Assembly: GCF_035456225.1 (NCBI RefSeq)
Contig: NZ_DATIDM010000161.1
Location: forward strand, 1,477-65,476
Direction: 5' to 3'
Length of the DNA stretch: 64,000 nucleotides
DNA from: Flavobacterium sp.
GTDB lineage: Bacteria; Bacteroidota; Bacteroidia; Flavobacteriales; Flavobacteriaceae
The notes under the pieces were generated by a model. The model did no database searches. It saw only the letters and a list, made by a program, of their open reading frames with translations, and was not told the origin of the DNA. This document shows positions 38,460-45,937 of this stretch, piece by piece. Positions within the stretch are counted from its first letter, which is position 1. Each line of letters begins with the position of its first letter. The position numbers and the translations under genes are program-made.

Positions 38460-39749
38460 TTATATTGCTGTGTTGCTGTCAAATTTTTCTAAATAATCGC
38501 CTACCCTTCGCAGGAACGAACCTCCCAGAAAACCATCTACCACACGATGGTCAAACGAGAGCGATAAGTACATCATGCTTCGGATGGCAATTTCATCTCC
38601 TTTTGGAGTCGTAATTACTTCCGGACGTTTTTTGATGATTCCAAGCGCCAAAATAGCCACTTCAGGCTGGTTGATGATCGGTGTTCCCATTAAACTTCCG
38701 AAGGTTCCAACGTTGGAAATCGTGAATGTACTTCCCCCAACCTCATCTGGTTTCAGTTTGTTGTTACGTGCACTTTCCGCTAAATGATTTACGGACGACG
38801 CCAATTCAGATAAGCTCTTCTCATTAGCATTTCTCACCACCGGAACAATAAGGTTTCCTGTCGGCAGCGCTGTAGCCATTCCGATATTGATATCATTGTG
38901 AACGATGATTTTTTTCTCGTCTACCGAAACATTGATCATTGGAAAATCCTGAATCGCTTTCGCTACTGCATCCACGAAAATCGGCGTGAAGGTCAACTTC
39001 TCGTTGTATTTTTCCTGGAATTTGTCTTTCATTTCATTTCTCCAGTTCACCAGATTCGTCACATCGACTTCGATATATGAAGTTACGTGAGGCGACGTCT
39101 GTTTCGAATACACCATGTGGTCGGCAATCATCTTACGCATGCGGTCCATTTCCACAATACGGTCTTTGCCCTCCACAAAATTGATTACCGGTTTCGGATA
39201 GGTAGAAGCCGGCGTAGTTGGAGCTGCAAATTGCGGGTTACGCTGAAGCGGATATTTTCTCGTTTTCAGATAGTTGAAGACATCGCTTTTCTGGATTCTT
39301 CCTTCTGCACCCGAACCCGGAATGCTTTGCACTTCTTCCAATGACAGGTTTTCTTTCTGTGCAATGCTGATGATTAGCGGAGACAAAAATGCGTCCGGAT
39401 TGCTTTTTAATTGTACCGGTTTTGGAGCGCTTTCAGTTTGAGAAACCGATGGCTTCGGTGCATTTACTTTTACTGCTTCCGTCTTTTGGGTTTTCACTTC
39501 CGATGCCCCGTCCGATGCGATTAGCGCAAGTACTTCGCCAACAGCCACCACATCGTCCTTTTGATAACGGATTTCGGTTATAACACCCGAACAAGGTGCC
39601 GGAACTTCGCTATCTACTTTATCGGTAGCCACTTCCAGCAGGGTTTCTTCGGCTTCAACCGTATCTCCGACATTTTTCAGCCAGTTGATGATTGTCGCCT
39701 CCGAAATACTCTCACCCATTTTGGGCATTTTGAACTCTACTATTGACAT
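38460..39749 (-). CDS. Dihydrolipoamide acyltransferase (E2) of a 2-oxoacid dehydrogenase complex
   Basis: 429 aa. Lipoyl domain (LLEVATDKVDSEVPAP), E3/E1-binding domain, catalytic domain with SFDHRVVDG. Confidence 0.9.
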   Translation of the reverse strand: MSIVEFKMPKMGESISEATIINWLKNVGDTVEAEETLLEVATDKVDSEVPAPCSGVITEIRYQKDDVVAVGEVLALIASDGASEVKTQKTEAVKVNAPKPSVSQTESAPKPVQLKSNPDAFLSPLIISIAQKENLSLEEVQSIPGSGAEGRIQKSDVFNYLKTRKYPLQRNPQFAAPTTPASTYPKPVINFVEGKDRIVEMDRMRKMIADHMVYSKQTSPHVTSYIEVDVTNLVNWRNEMKDKFQEKYNEKLTFTPIFVDAVAKAIQDFPMINVSVDEKKIIVHNDINIGMATALPTGNLIVPVVRNANEKSLSELASSVNHLAESARNNKLKPDEVGGSTFTISNVGTFGSLMGTPIINQPEVAILALGIIKKRPEVITTPKGDEIAIRSMMYLSLSFDHRVVDGFLGGSFLRRVGDYLEKFDSNTAI

Positions 39750-39755
39750 TTTTTA

Positions 39756-39813
39756 TAGTTTTCAGTCACAGTTTTCAGTCGCACAGTTACTGTTAACTGC
39801 GACTGGGTACTGT
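39756..39813 (-). repeat. 6-7-nt CAGT/ACTG tandem repeat array filling the paaY-E2 spacer
   Basis: tagttttcagtcacagttttcagtcgcacagttactgttaactgcgactgggtactgtt. The start-codon-proximal 30 nt are nearly identical to 40416-40445. Confidence 0.85.
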
Positions 39814-40410
39814 TTACTTCTTTTTAAATTCATTTAATGTTTTATAAAACTCTTCTTGAGTCGGACGATTCGCAGGAATTTCGCGCAAAGGTTCTACGGC
39901 TCGTAAAGTCTCGTAACACTCTTTAGGCAATTGTTGGTACAAAGCCGTTCCTTTGGTTTTCCATTCAATCATTTCATCGCTCACGTCTTTAATAATAGTT
40001 GCGGGATTTCCAACAACCATTTTTCGGTTAGGAATCTTCATATCGGCTTTGATAAACGACAAAGCCCCCACGATGCATTCGTCGCCCAATTCCACGTTAT
40101 CCATGATTACGGCATTCATACCAACCAGACAGTTGGCTCCGATATTGGCTCCGTGAATAATGGCTCCGTGACCAATATGCGCTCCGGCTTTCAAGACCAT
40201 GCTTTTGCCCGGAAACATGTGAATCGTACAGTTTTCCTGTATATTACAACCGTCTTCGATTATAATCTCGCCCCAGTCACCACGGATGGCAGCTCCCGGA
40301 CCCACATATACATTTTTCCCAATAATCACGTTACCCGTAACCGCGGCTTGCGGATGGATAAAACTGCTTTCGTGAACAACCGGTATAAAACCTTTGAATT
40401 CGTAGACCAT
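39814..40410 (-). CDS. paaY: PaaY-type hexapeptide-repeat (gamma-carbonic-anhydrase-like) protein
   Basis: 198 aa, collinear with my recollection of E. coli PaaY (VYVGPGAAIRGDWG, GHGAIIHG, LVGMNAVIMD, VEPLREI). Confidence 0.85.
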   Translation of the reverse strand: MVYEFKGFIPVVHESSFIHPQAAVTGNVIIGKNVYVGPGAAIRGDWGEIIIEDGCNIQENCTIHMFPGKSMVLKAGAHIGHGAIIHGANIGANCLVGMNAVIMDNVELGDECIVGALSFIKADMKIPNRKMVVGNPATIIKDVSDEMIEWKTKGTALYQQLPKECYETLRAVEPLREIPANRPTQEEFYKTLNEFKKK

Positions 40411-40415
40411 ATTTA

Positions 40416-40484
40416 TAGTTTTCAGTCTCAGTTTTCAGTCTCAATCTCAGCTACACTGTAAACTGCGACTGTAAACTGCAAACT
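40416..40484 (-). repeat. 6-7-nt CAGT/ACTG tandem repeat array filling the crotonase-paaY spacer
   Basis: tagttttcagtctcagttttcagtctcaatctcagctacactgtaaactgcgactgtaaactgcaaact. Confidence 0.85.
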
Positions 40485-40485
40485 A

Positions 40486-41238
40486 TTATTTAAACTTCTT
40501 CAGTGTTTCTTTCGTAAAATCTGACAACACCAATCTTCCGCTGATGGCTGCTCTTTCAGCTAATAACGTATCCCAATCATCTGTACCTCTCCAGAATATT
40601 TTCTTCATTTCCAGCATCGCTTCCGGATTGTAAGTGCACAGGTGTTCTGCAAACTTCTGAACTGCTTCATCCATTACCTCAATACTTTCAAATACGTTAG
40701 CATATAAACCTTTCTCTTTTGCCCATGAAGCTTCATAGAAAGTATTCGCATCGATAGCGATTTGCGACATAGCCGAAACTCCCATTTTTCTTTCGATAGC
40801 CGGGCTCACCACAAACGGACCGATACCTACATTCAGTTCGCTTAGTTTTATAGCTGCGAATTGAGTCGCCATACAATAGTCGGTTGAAGCAGCGATACCA
40901 ACTCCACCTCCAACAGTTTTACCCTGAATTCTTCCGATGATGAATTTTGGGCATTTGCGCATGGCGTTGATTACGTTGGCAAAACCAGAGAAAAATACTT
41001 TCCCGGTTTGGTCGTCGTTGATGGTGATTAATTCTTTAAAGCTGGCTCCGGCACAGAAGGTTCTGTCACCACCACTTTTTAAGATAATTACTTTTACCTC
41101 TTCTTTATTCCCAACAGTGGTAATGGTTTCAGCTAACTGTGCTAAAATGGTTCCCGGCAATGAATTTTGTTCGGGGTGGAAAAACTCTATTGTTGCTATT
41201 CCGTTTTGTATGTCGTGTTTTACGTATGCTTCTGTCAT
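40486..41238 (-). CDS. Enoyl-CoA hydratase/isomerase (crotonase) family protein, PaaF-like candidate
   Basis: 250 aa. Crotonase fold motifs (FCAGASF, GKTVGGGVGIAA). Position lies between paaZ and paaY. Confidence 0.75.
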   Translation of the reverse strand: MTEAYVKHDIQNGIATIEFFHPEQNSLPGTILAQLAETITTVGNKEEVKVIILKSGGDRTFCAGASFKELITINDDQTGKVFFSGFANVINAMRKCPKFIIGRIQGKTVGGGVGIAASTDYCMATQFAAIKLSELNVGIGPFVVSPAIERKMGVSAMSQIAIDANTFYEASWAKEKGLYANVFESIEVMDEAVQKFAEHLCTYNPEAMLEMKKIFWRGTDDWDTLLAERAAISGRLVLSDFTKETLKKFK

Positions 41239-41257
41239 AATATTTTTTCATTAAAAT

Positions 41258-41337
41258 GGCACGCAGATGACGCGGATTAAGCAGATTTTCACGGATTCTT
41301 TTGTGTTAATCCGTTTAATCCGTGACAATCTGTGACC
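41258..41337. repeat. REP-like element rich in GGATTAA/AATCCG inverted repeats
   Basis: ggcacgcagatgacgcggattaagcagattttcacggattcttttgtgttaatccgtttaatccgtgacaatctgtgacc. A related motif (gtaatcc...ggattac) lies at 50650-50685. Confidence 0.65.
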
Positions 41338-41339
41338 TA

Positions 41340-43832
41340 TTACAAAATTCCGAATTGTTCAAAATGGTGATTAAAATGCTTCACATTCATCAAATCCCAT
41401 TCGAATTTATCCAAGATTCCGAATACGGCGTTTTTCGTTGTTGCTTCCGGATTTTCTTTGAAATACAATTCAAAAGCATCGTAAGCTTCAATGAATTTTT
41501 GTTTCGCGGTTGCTAAATCAGCGTGAACCAAAACCTCTGTGTTTTCTTTTTCCATCAACGGATGTTTGAAATCCTTCGGCATCGGTTTATGGTTGAACAC
41601 CATTTCGTTAACTTTAGCCAAATGTTCTGCTGGAGTGGAAATTTCGAAATCCTGAATTTCACCCGAGGCAATTCTCAAGGATTTTTCAAGATGCTCCACC
41701 ATATGCTGTGGCTTCATCATTCCCCACTTCGCCGTAGCGTTTTCGGTTAATTTTGCCAAGTAGCTTTCAATGTTGCTTCTGTTGATCTGTACGAACGGAG
41801 ATTTCTTCTGAACCATCGTCAGAATCGTAGCAATAGCCACTAATTCGTCGTTCTGATCAAACACTTCCACGAACCATTTCACGATTCCGCAAGGCAATTC
41901 TTTTCCAACACTGTCGCGCTCGATTTTCTGTTTGCACGTTAAACGAACGTAGATGGTATCGTTGTGGTAAATCGGACGAACGAATCTACACTCTTCCAAC
42001 CCGTAATTTGCCGCTACCGGTCCTTTGTTCGGATATACGAACAATCCCGCCGCAGCTGCCAGGATGAAATAACCGTGCGCCGTACGTTTCTCGAAAATAC
42101 TTCCTTTCAATGAAGTGATATCGGTGTGCGCATAGAAATGATCCCACGTTAAATTGGCAAAATTGATGATATCGGTATCGGTAACCGTGCGTTTATGTGT
42201 TTTAAGCGACATGCCCGGCTGAATATCCTCCCAGTGATATTGGAACGGATGCTGCGGTGTCTCTTTGTATTTTGAATTTGGCTGATAAATGCCTGTAATT
42301 TCAGTAAGTGTCGTTGGTGAACCCTGAACGGCGCAACGTTGCATGTAATGCTTAATTCCACGTACACCTCCCATTTCTTCTCCGCCTCCGGCACGACCAG
42401 GACCACCGTGAACCAATAATGGCAGTGGCGAACCGTGTCCTGTGCTTTGTTTTGCATTCTCTCTGTTCAAGACTAGAATTCTTCCGTGGTGGGTAGCCGC
42501 ATTGATTACGTATTCTTTCGCGATTTCATCGGAATTGGTTACGATAGAGGAAACCAATGAACCTTTACCCATTTGGGCCAGTTCAATAGCTTCATCTAAA
42601 TTTTTATATGGCATTATGGTTGAAACCGGACCAAAGGCCTCTGTTTCGTGTACGGTAAGATTTTCAAACGGATTGTCTTCACGAAGTAGCATCGGACTGA
42701 TAAAAGCTCCTTTAGCATCGGCACCCACAAGGTCTAATTTATCTAAATCACCATAAACAATCGAAGCTGTTCTGGCAATTTCTTTCACCCTGTTTTTCAC
42801 TTCCTCCACCTGGTCTTTGCTTACCAATGAGCCCATGCGAACCTCTTTCAGTCTCGGATCTCCGATGGTTACTTTATCCAAGGCTTTTCCAAGGGCGATT
42901 TGAACATCCTCTACCAAGTTTTCAGGAACAATCATACGACGGATAGCCGTACATTTTTGTCCGCACTTCACGGTAATTTCACTTCTCGCCTGACTAATGA
43001 ACAAATCAAATTCAGGAGTACCCGGAACCGCATCTTCTCCTAAAATGGAAGCGTTTAATGAATCAGCTTCCATATTGAACGGAACTGCTTCGCTGATGAT
43101 TCTCGGATGCGATTTCAACATACGTCCGGTTGAAGCCGAGCCTGTAAAAGTAACTACATCCTGACTTTCAATCGAGTCGATTAATGTATGAGCAGAACCA
43201 CAAATTAACTGAATCGCACCTTCCGGCAAAATATTGGATTTGATGATTTCTCTAACAACAGCTTCCGTTAAATACGAAGTCGACGTTGCCGGTTTTACCA
43301 CTGCAGGAACTCCCGCCATCCAGTTAACAGCACATTTTTCCAACATTCCCCAAATCGGGAAGTTGAACGCATTGATGTGAACCGCAACTCCTCTTTTCGG
43401 AACAAGGATGTGGTGCGCCATGAATCGGCCGCCGCGTGACAAATCGATTGGATCTCCTTCTACATGATAAGATTGGTTTGGAAACAATTTTCGAAGCGAT
43501 GCATTGGCAAACAGGTTTCCGAAACCTCCTTCAATGTCAATCCAGCTGTCTACTCGGGTCGCTCCGGTTCTGTAACTTATTTCGTAGAAATGCTCTTTGC
43601 GTTTGTTTAAATACAATGCCAGACTTTTTATCATGTTTCCACGCTCCTGGAAGGTCATTTTACGAAGTTTTTCGCCTCCTTTGGTTCTTCCGTAATGAAG
43701 CACTTCGGCAAAATCAATTCCTTGTGTAGAAGCGTTACCGATTATTTCCCCGGTTACCGAGTCAAATAACGGAACACCTTCTCCGGCACCGGATGTCCAA
43801 TTTCCTAAAATGTAATTTTCTATTTTGCTCAT
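41340..43832 (-). CDS. paaZ: PaaZ: aldehyde dehydrogenase + MaoC-type hydratase, with an additional C-terminal DinB/DUF1569-like domain
   Basis: Start moved to ATG 43832 (MSKIENYILGNW...), giving 830 aa. The ALDH domain, then the hot-dog hydratase (ends ...LTMVQKKSPF), then 150 extra aa ending FGILDKFEWDLMNVKHFNHHFEQFGIL. Confidence 0.85.
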   Translation of the reverse strand: MSKIENYILGNWTSGAGEGVPLFDSVTGEIIGNASTQGIDFAEVLHYGRTKGGEKLRKMTFQERGNMIKSLALYLNKRKEHFYEISYRTGATRVDSWIDIEGGFGNLFANASLRKLFPNQSYHVEGDPIDLSRGGRFMAHHILVPKRGVAVHINAFNFPIWGMLEKCAVNWMAGVPAVVKPATSTSYLTEAVVREIIKSNILPEGAIQLICGSAHTLIDSIESQDVVTFTGSASTGRMLKSHPRIISEAVPFNMEADSLNASILGEDAVPGTPEFDLFISQARSEITVKCGQKCTAIRRMIVPENLVEDVQIALGKALDKVTIGDPRLKEVRMGSLVSKDQVEEVKNRVKEIARTASIVYGDLDKLDLVGADAKGAFISPMLLREDNPFENLTVHETEAFGPVSTIMPYKNLDEAIELAQMGKGSLVSSIVTNSDEIAKEYVINAATHHGRILVLNRENAKQSTGHGSPLPLLVHGGPGRAGGGEEMGGVRGIKHYMQRCAVQGSPTTLTEITGIYQPNSKYKETPQHPFQYHWEDIQPGMSLKTHKRTVTDTDIINFANLTWDHFYAHTDITSLKGSIFEKRTAHGYFILAAAAGLFVYPNKGPVAANYGLEECRFVRPIYHNDTIYVRLTCKQKIERDSVGKELPCGIVKWFVEVFDQNDELVAIATILTMVQKKSPFVQINRSNIESYLAKLTENATAKWGMMKPQHMVEHLEKSLRIASGEIQDFEISTPAEHLAKVNEMVFNHKPMPKDFKHPLMEKENTEVLVHADLATAKQKFIEAYDAFELYFKENPEATTKNAVFGILDKFEWDLMNVKHFNHHFEQFGIL

Positions 43833-43845
43833 ACCTTTATTTTTA

Positions 43846-43885
43846 ACCGCAAAGCCCGCAAAGTAATTTCGCGAGGTTCGCAAAG
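43846..43885. repeat. CGCAAAG-type short repeats (3 copies) upstream of paaZ
   Basis: aaccgcaaag cccgcaaag taatttcgcgaggttcgcaaag. The ORF-track N-terminal extension of paaZ reads through it. Confidence 0.6.
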
Positions 43886-43933
43886 TTTTTAATTTATCGT
43901 TTAAGCTTCAATCCTAATTTCTTTTTAGGGTTA

Positions 43934-44050
43934 GAAGCGAATGGTTTGGTCTTTATCTGCAATCCCTATTCCTGCTGTCCGTTACAATCTGTCATTGCGA
44001 GCTTGCGATGCAATCTCCCAACGCCAGGATTTCCACTCCCATCAGGGCTA
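43934..44050 (-). repeat. ~100-bp REP/MITE-like element, copy A (inverted relative to copy C)
   Basis: The reverse complement (tagccctgatgggagtggaaatcctggcgttgggagattgcatcgcaagctcgcaatgacagattgtaacggacagcaggaatagggattgcagat...) aligns end to end with 63616-63735. Confidence 0.85.
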
Positions 44051-44079
44051 TTACAAATACGTCTTGCGTACTTGTTGGG

Positions 44080-45282
44080 TTATACTCTTTCAATAATCAC
44101 GGCGTACCCTTGTCCTACTCCGATACACATGGTAATTAAAGCGTAACGTTTTCCGGTTAGCTGTAATTCCAATGCTGCAGAATATGCGATTCTTGCACCG
44201 GTAACACCCAGTGGATGCCCGATAGCAATAGCGCCTCCGTTAGGATTGATTCTCGGATCATTGTCCTTTAATCCCAACTCACGGATACACGCGATACTTT
44301 GTGCCGCGAAAGCTTCGTTTAGTTCTATAATGTCGATTCGATCCAAAGTAAGACCTGCTTTTTCAAGAGCCTTTTTGGTCGCATCAACCGGTCCGATCCC
44401 CATGATTCTTGGTTCAACTCCCACTACGGCAGAACTTACGATTCGGGCTAGCGGTTTTAAGTTATATTTCTTAACCGCTTCTTCCGATGCAATAATCGTG
44501 GCAGCAGCACCATCGTTCAATCCCGAGGCATTTCCTGCCGTTACGCTTCCGTCTTTTTTGAAAGCCGGACGTAGTTTTGACAAACCTTCCATGGAAGTTG
44601 AAGGTTTCACGAACTCATCTTTTGAAAACTGAATTGGGTCTCCTTTTCGCTGCGGGATTTCAACGGTTACGATTTCTTTTGCCAATCGGCCTGAATTTTG
44701 GGCTGCTGCTGCTTTTTGCTGGCTGTTCAAGGCAAAAGCGTCCTGATCTTCTCTGGAAATACCATATTTTTCAACCAGGTTTTCAGCGGTTTCCCCCATG
44801 GCTTCCGTACCAAACATGGCATGCATTTTCGGGTTTACGAAACGCCATCCGAAACTGCTGTCGTACATTTTACTGTCGGTTCCATAAGCTGCTGACGGTT
44901 TCGACACCACTAAAGGTCCGCGTGTCATATTTTCAATTCCACCCGCAATAAAAACGTGTCCGTCTCCGGCTTTGATAGCACGGTTTGCACCGATAATCGC
45001 CGAAAGACCTGAACTGCACAAACGGTTTACGGTTTCTCCCGGAACGGTATATGGCAATCCCGCCAAAAGCAATGACATACGCGCTACGTTGCGATTGTCT
45101 TCTCCCGCCTGGTTGGCACATCCCATGATCACATCGTCATAAGCGTCTGTTGGGATGTTTGGATTTTTCTCTGTTACCGCTTTGATTACCAAAGCCCCTA
45201 AATCATCCGGACGAACCGCTGCTAGGGTCCCCTGATAACTTCCGATTGGAGTACGTACTCCGTCTATGATATATGCTTCCAT
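44080..45282 (-). CDS. paaJ: 3-oxoadipyl-CoA / acetyl-CoA C-acyltransferase (thiolase)
   Basis: Start moved to ATG 45282 (MEAYIIDGVRTPIG), giving 400 aa. Thiolase motifs NRLCSSGL, NEAFAAQ, GHPLGVTGAR, CIGVGQG. Confidence 0.9.
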   Translation of the reverse strand: MEAYIIDGVRTPIGSYQGTLAAVRPDDLGALVIKAVTEKNPNIPTDAYDDVIMGCANQAGEDNRNVARMSLLLAGLPYTVPGETVNRLCSSGLSAIIGANRAIKAGDGHVFIAGGIENMTRGPLVVSKPSAAYGTDSKMYDSSFGWRFVNPKMHAMFGTEAMGETAENLVEKYGISREDQDAFALNSQQKAAAAQNSGRLAKEIVTVEIPQRKGDPIQFSKDEFVKPSTSMEGLSKLRPAFKKDGSVTAGNASGLNDGAAATIIASEEAVKKYNLKPLARIVSSAVVGVEPRIMGIGPVDATKKALEKAGLTLDRIDIIELNEAFAAQSIACIRELGLKDNDPRINPNGGAIAIGHPLGVTGARIAYSAALELQLTGKRYALITMCIGVGQGYAVIIERV

Positions 45283-45284
45283 TT

Positions 45285-45306
45285 TCAGATTGCAGACAGC
45301 AGATAA
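45285..45306 (-). repeat. Short CAG-type heptamer array directly upstream of paaJ start
   Basis: tcagat tgcagac agcagat. Confidence 0.5.
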
Positions 45307-45371
45307 AACCGCCGTCATTTATATTTTATGTTCTTTTAAAACTCTTATTTCTATTCAATTCATTTCCTCTT

Positions 45372-45470
45372 TAGCCCTGATTGGAGTCTCGTTATTCGTA
45401 ACGAGATAACGCGGAAAGCAGGAATTGCGTTTCGTAAAATGCCCGAACCATTGCTTCGCCAATTCGCTAT
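45372..45470 (+). repeat. REP/MITE-like element, copy B (same termini as A/C, different core hairpin)
   Basis: tagccctgattggag-[ctcgttattcgtaacgag hairpin]-gcggaaagcaggaat...ccattgcttcgc. It shares both end motifs with copies A and C. Confidence 0.7.
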
Positions 45471-45493
45471 CGCTCGGGTCGCTCCGGATTATT

Positions 45494-45937
45494 TTAATCT
45501 TCCCATTCTTTCGGAGTACGGTAAGCAACCCCTTTAAAAAGCGCTACCAAAACGTCTCCTTTTTTCACCTCCACGATGTAGAAGGCTAATTTATTTTTTA
45601 AGCTTTCCAGGCTGGCTTCGGCAACGATGTAATCGCCTTCTTCCAGGGCTTCGATGTGGTTAATCGAGGTCTCGATGGAAACGGCAAACCTTCCGTTGGT
45701 ATTCGCGGTAAACCCGAAAGCGGTATCGGCTAACGAATAAGCGATTCCGCCGTGTGCCTTGCCCATGCTGTTGAGCATTTCCTTGCGGACGGTCATCCCT
45801 ACTTTACAGTTCCCGATTTCGCATTCCAGGATTTCGATTCCGAGCCACTGGCTGAACGGATCCAGGGAAAGCATTTTGTAAGGTATTTTTTCTCCTTGCA
45901 TTGTTACGTTGGAATTTACTGTTTCTTCCGTTTTCAT
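45494..45937 (-). CDS. paaI: PaaI-type hot-dog thioesterase
   Basis: 147 aa. GKAHGGIAYSLADTAFG motif. Start overlaps the paaH stop by 1 nt. Confidence 0.8.
   Translation of the reverse strand: MKTEETVNSNVTMQGEKIPYKMLSLDPFSQWLGIEILECEIGNCKVGMTVRKEMLNSMGKAHGGIAYSLADTAFGFTANTNGRFAVSIETSINHIEALEEGDYIVAEASLESLKNKLAFYIVEVKKGDVLVALFKGVAYRTPKEWED

Noticed and set aside
39931-40461. 176-aa and 67-aa plus-strand ORFs inside paaY
   Set aside because: They are antisense to a confidently identified hexapeptide-repeat protein. This is the typical shadow frame of a repeat-rich gene, and the ORF also runs into the heptamer array.
42149-42457. 102-aa minus-strand ORF in an alternative frame within paaZ
   Set aside because: It is fully nested in the ALDH domain coding region. 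The main frame is continuous and homologous throughout, so no frameshift is needed.
43946-44146. 66-aa ORF (MVFICNPYSCCPLQSVIASLRCNLPTPGFPLPSG...)
   Set aside because: It reads through REP/MITE-like copy A and into the 3' end of paaJ on the opposite strand. The same repeat gives equivalent pseudo-peptides elsewhere.
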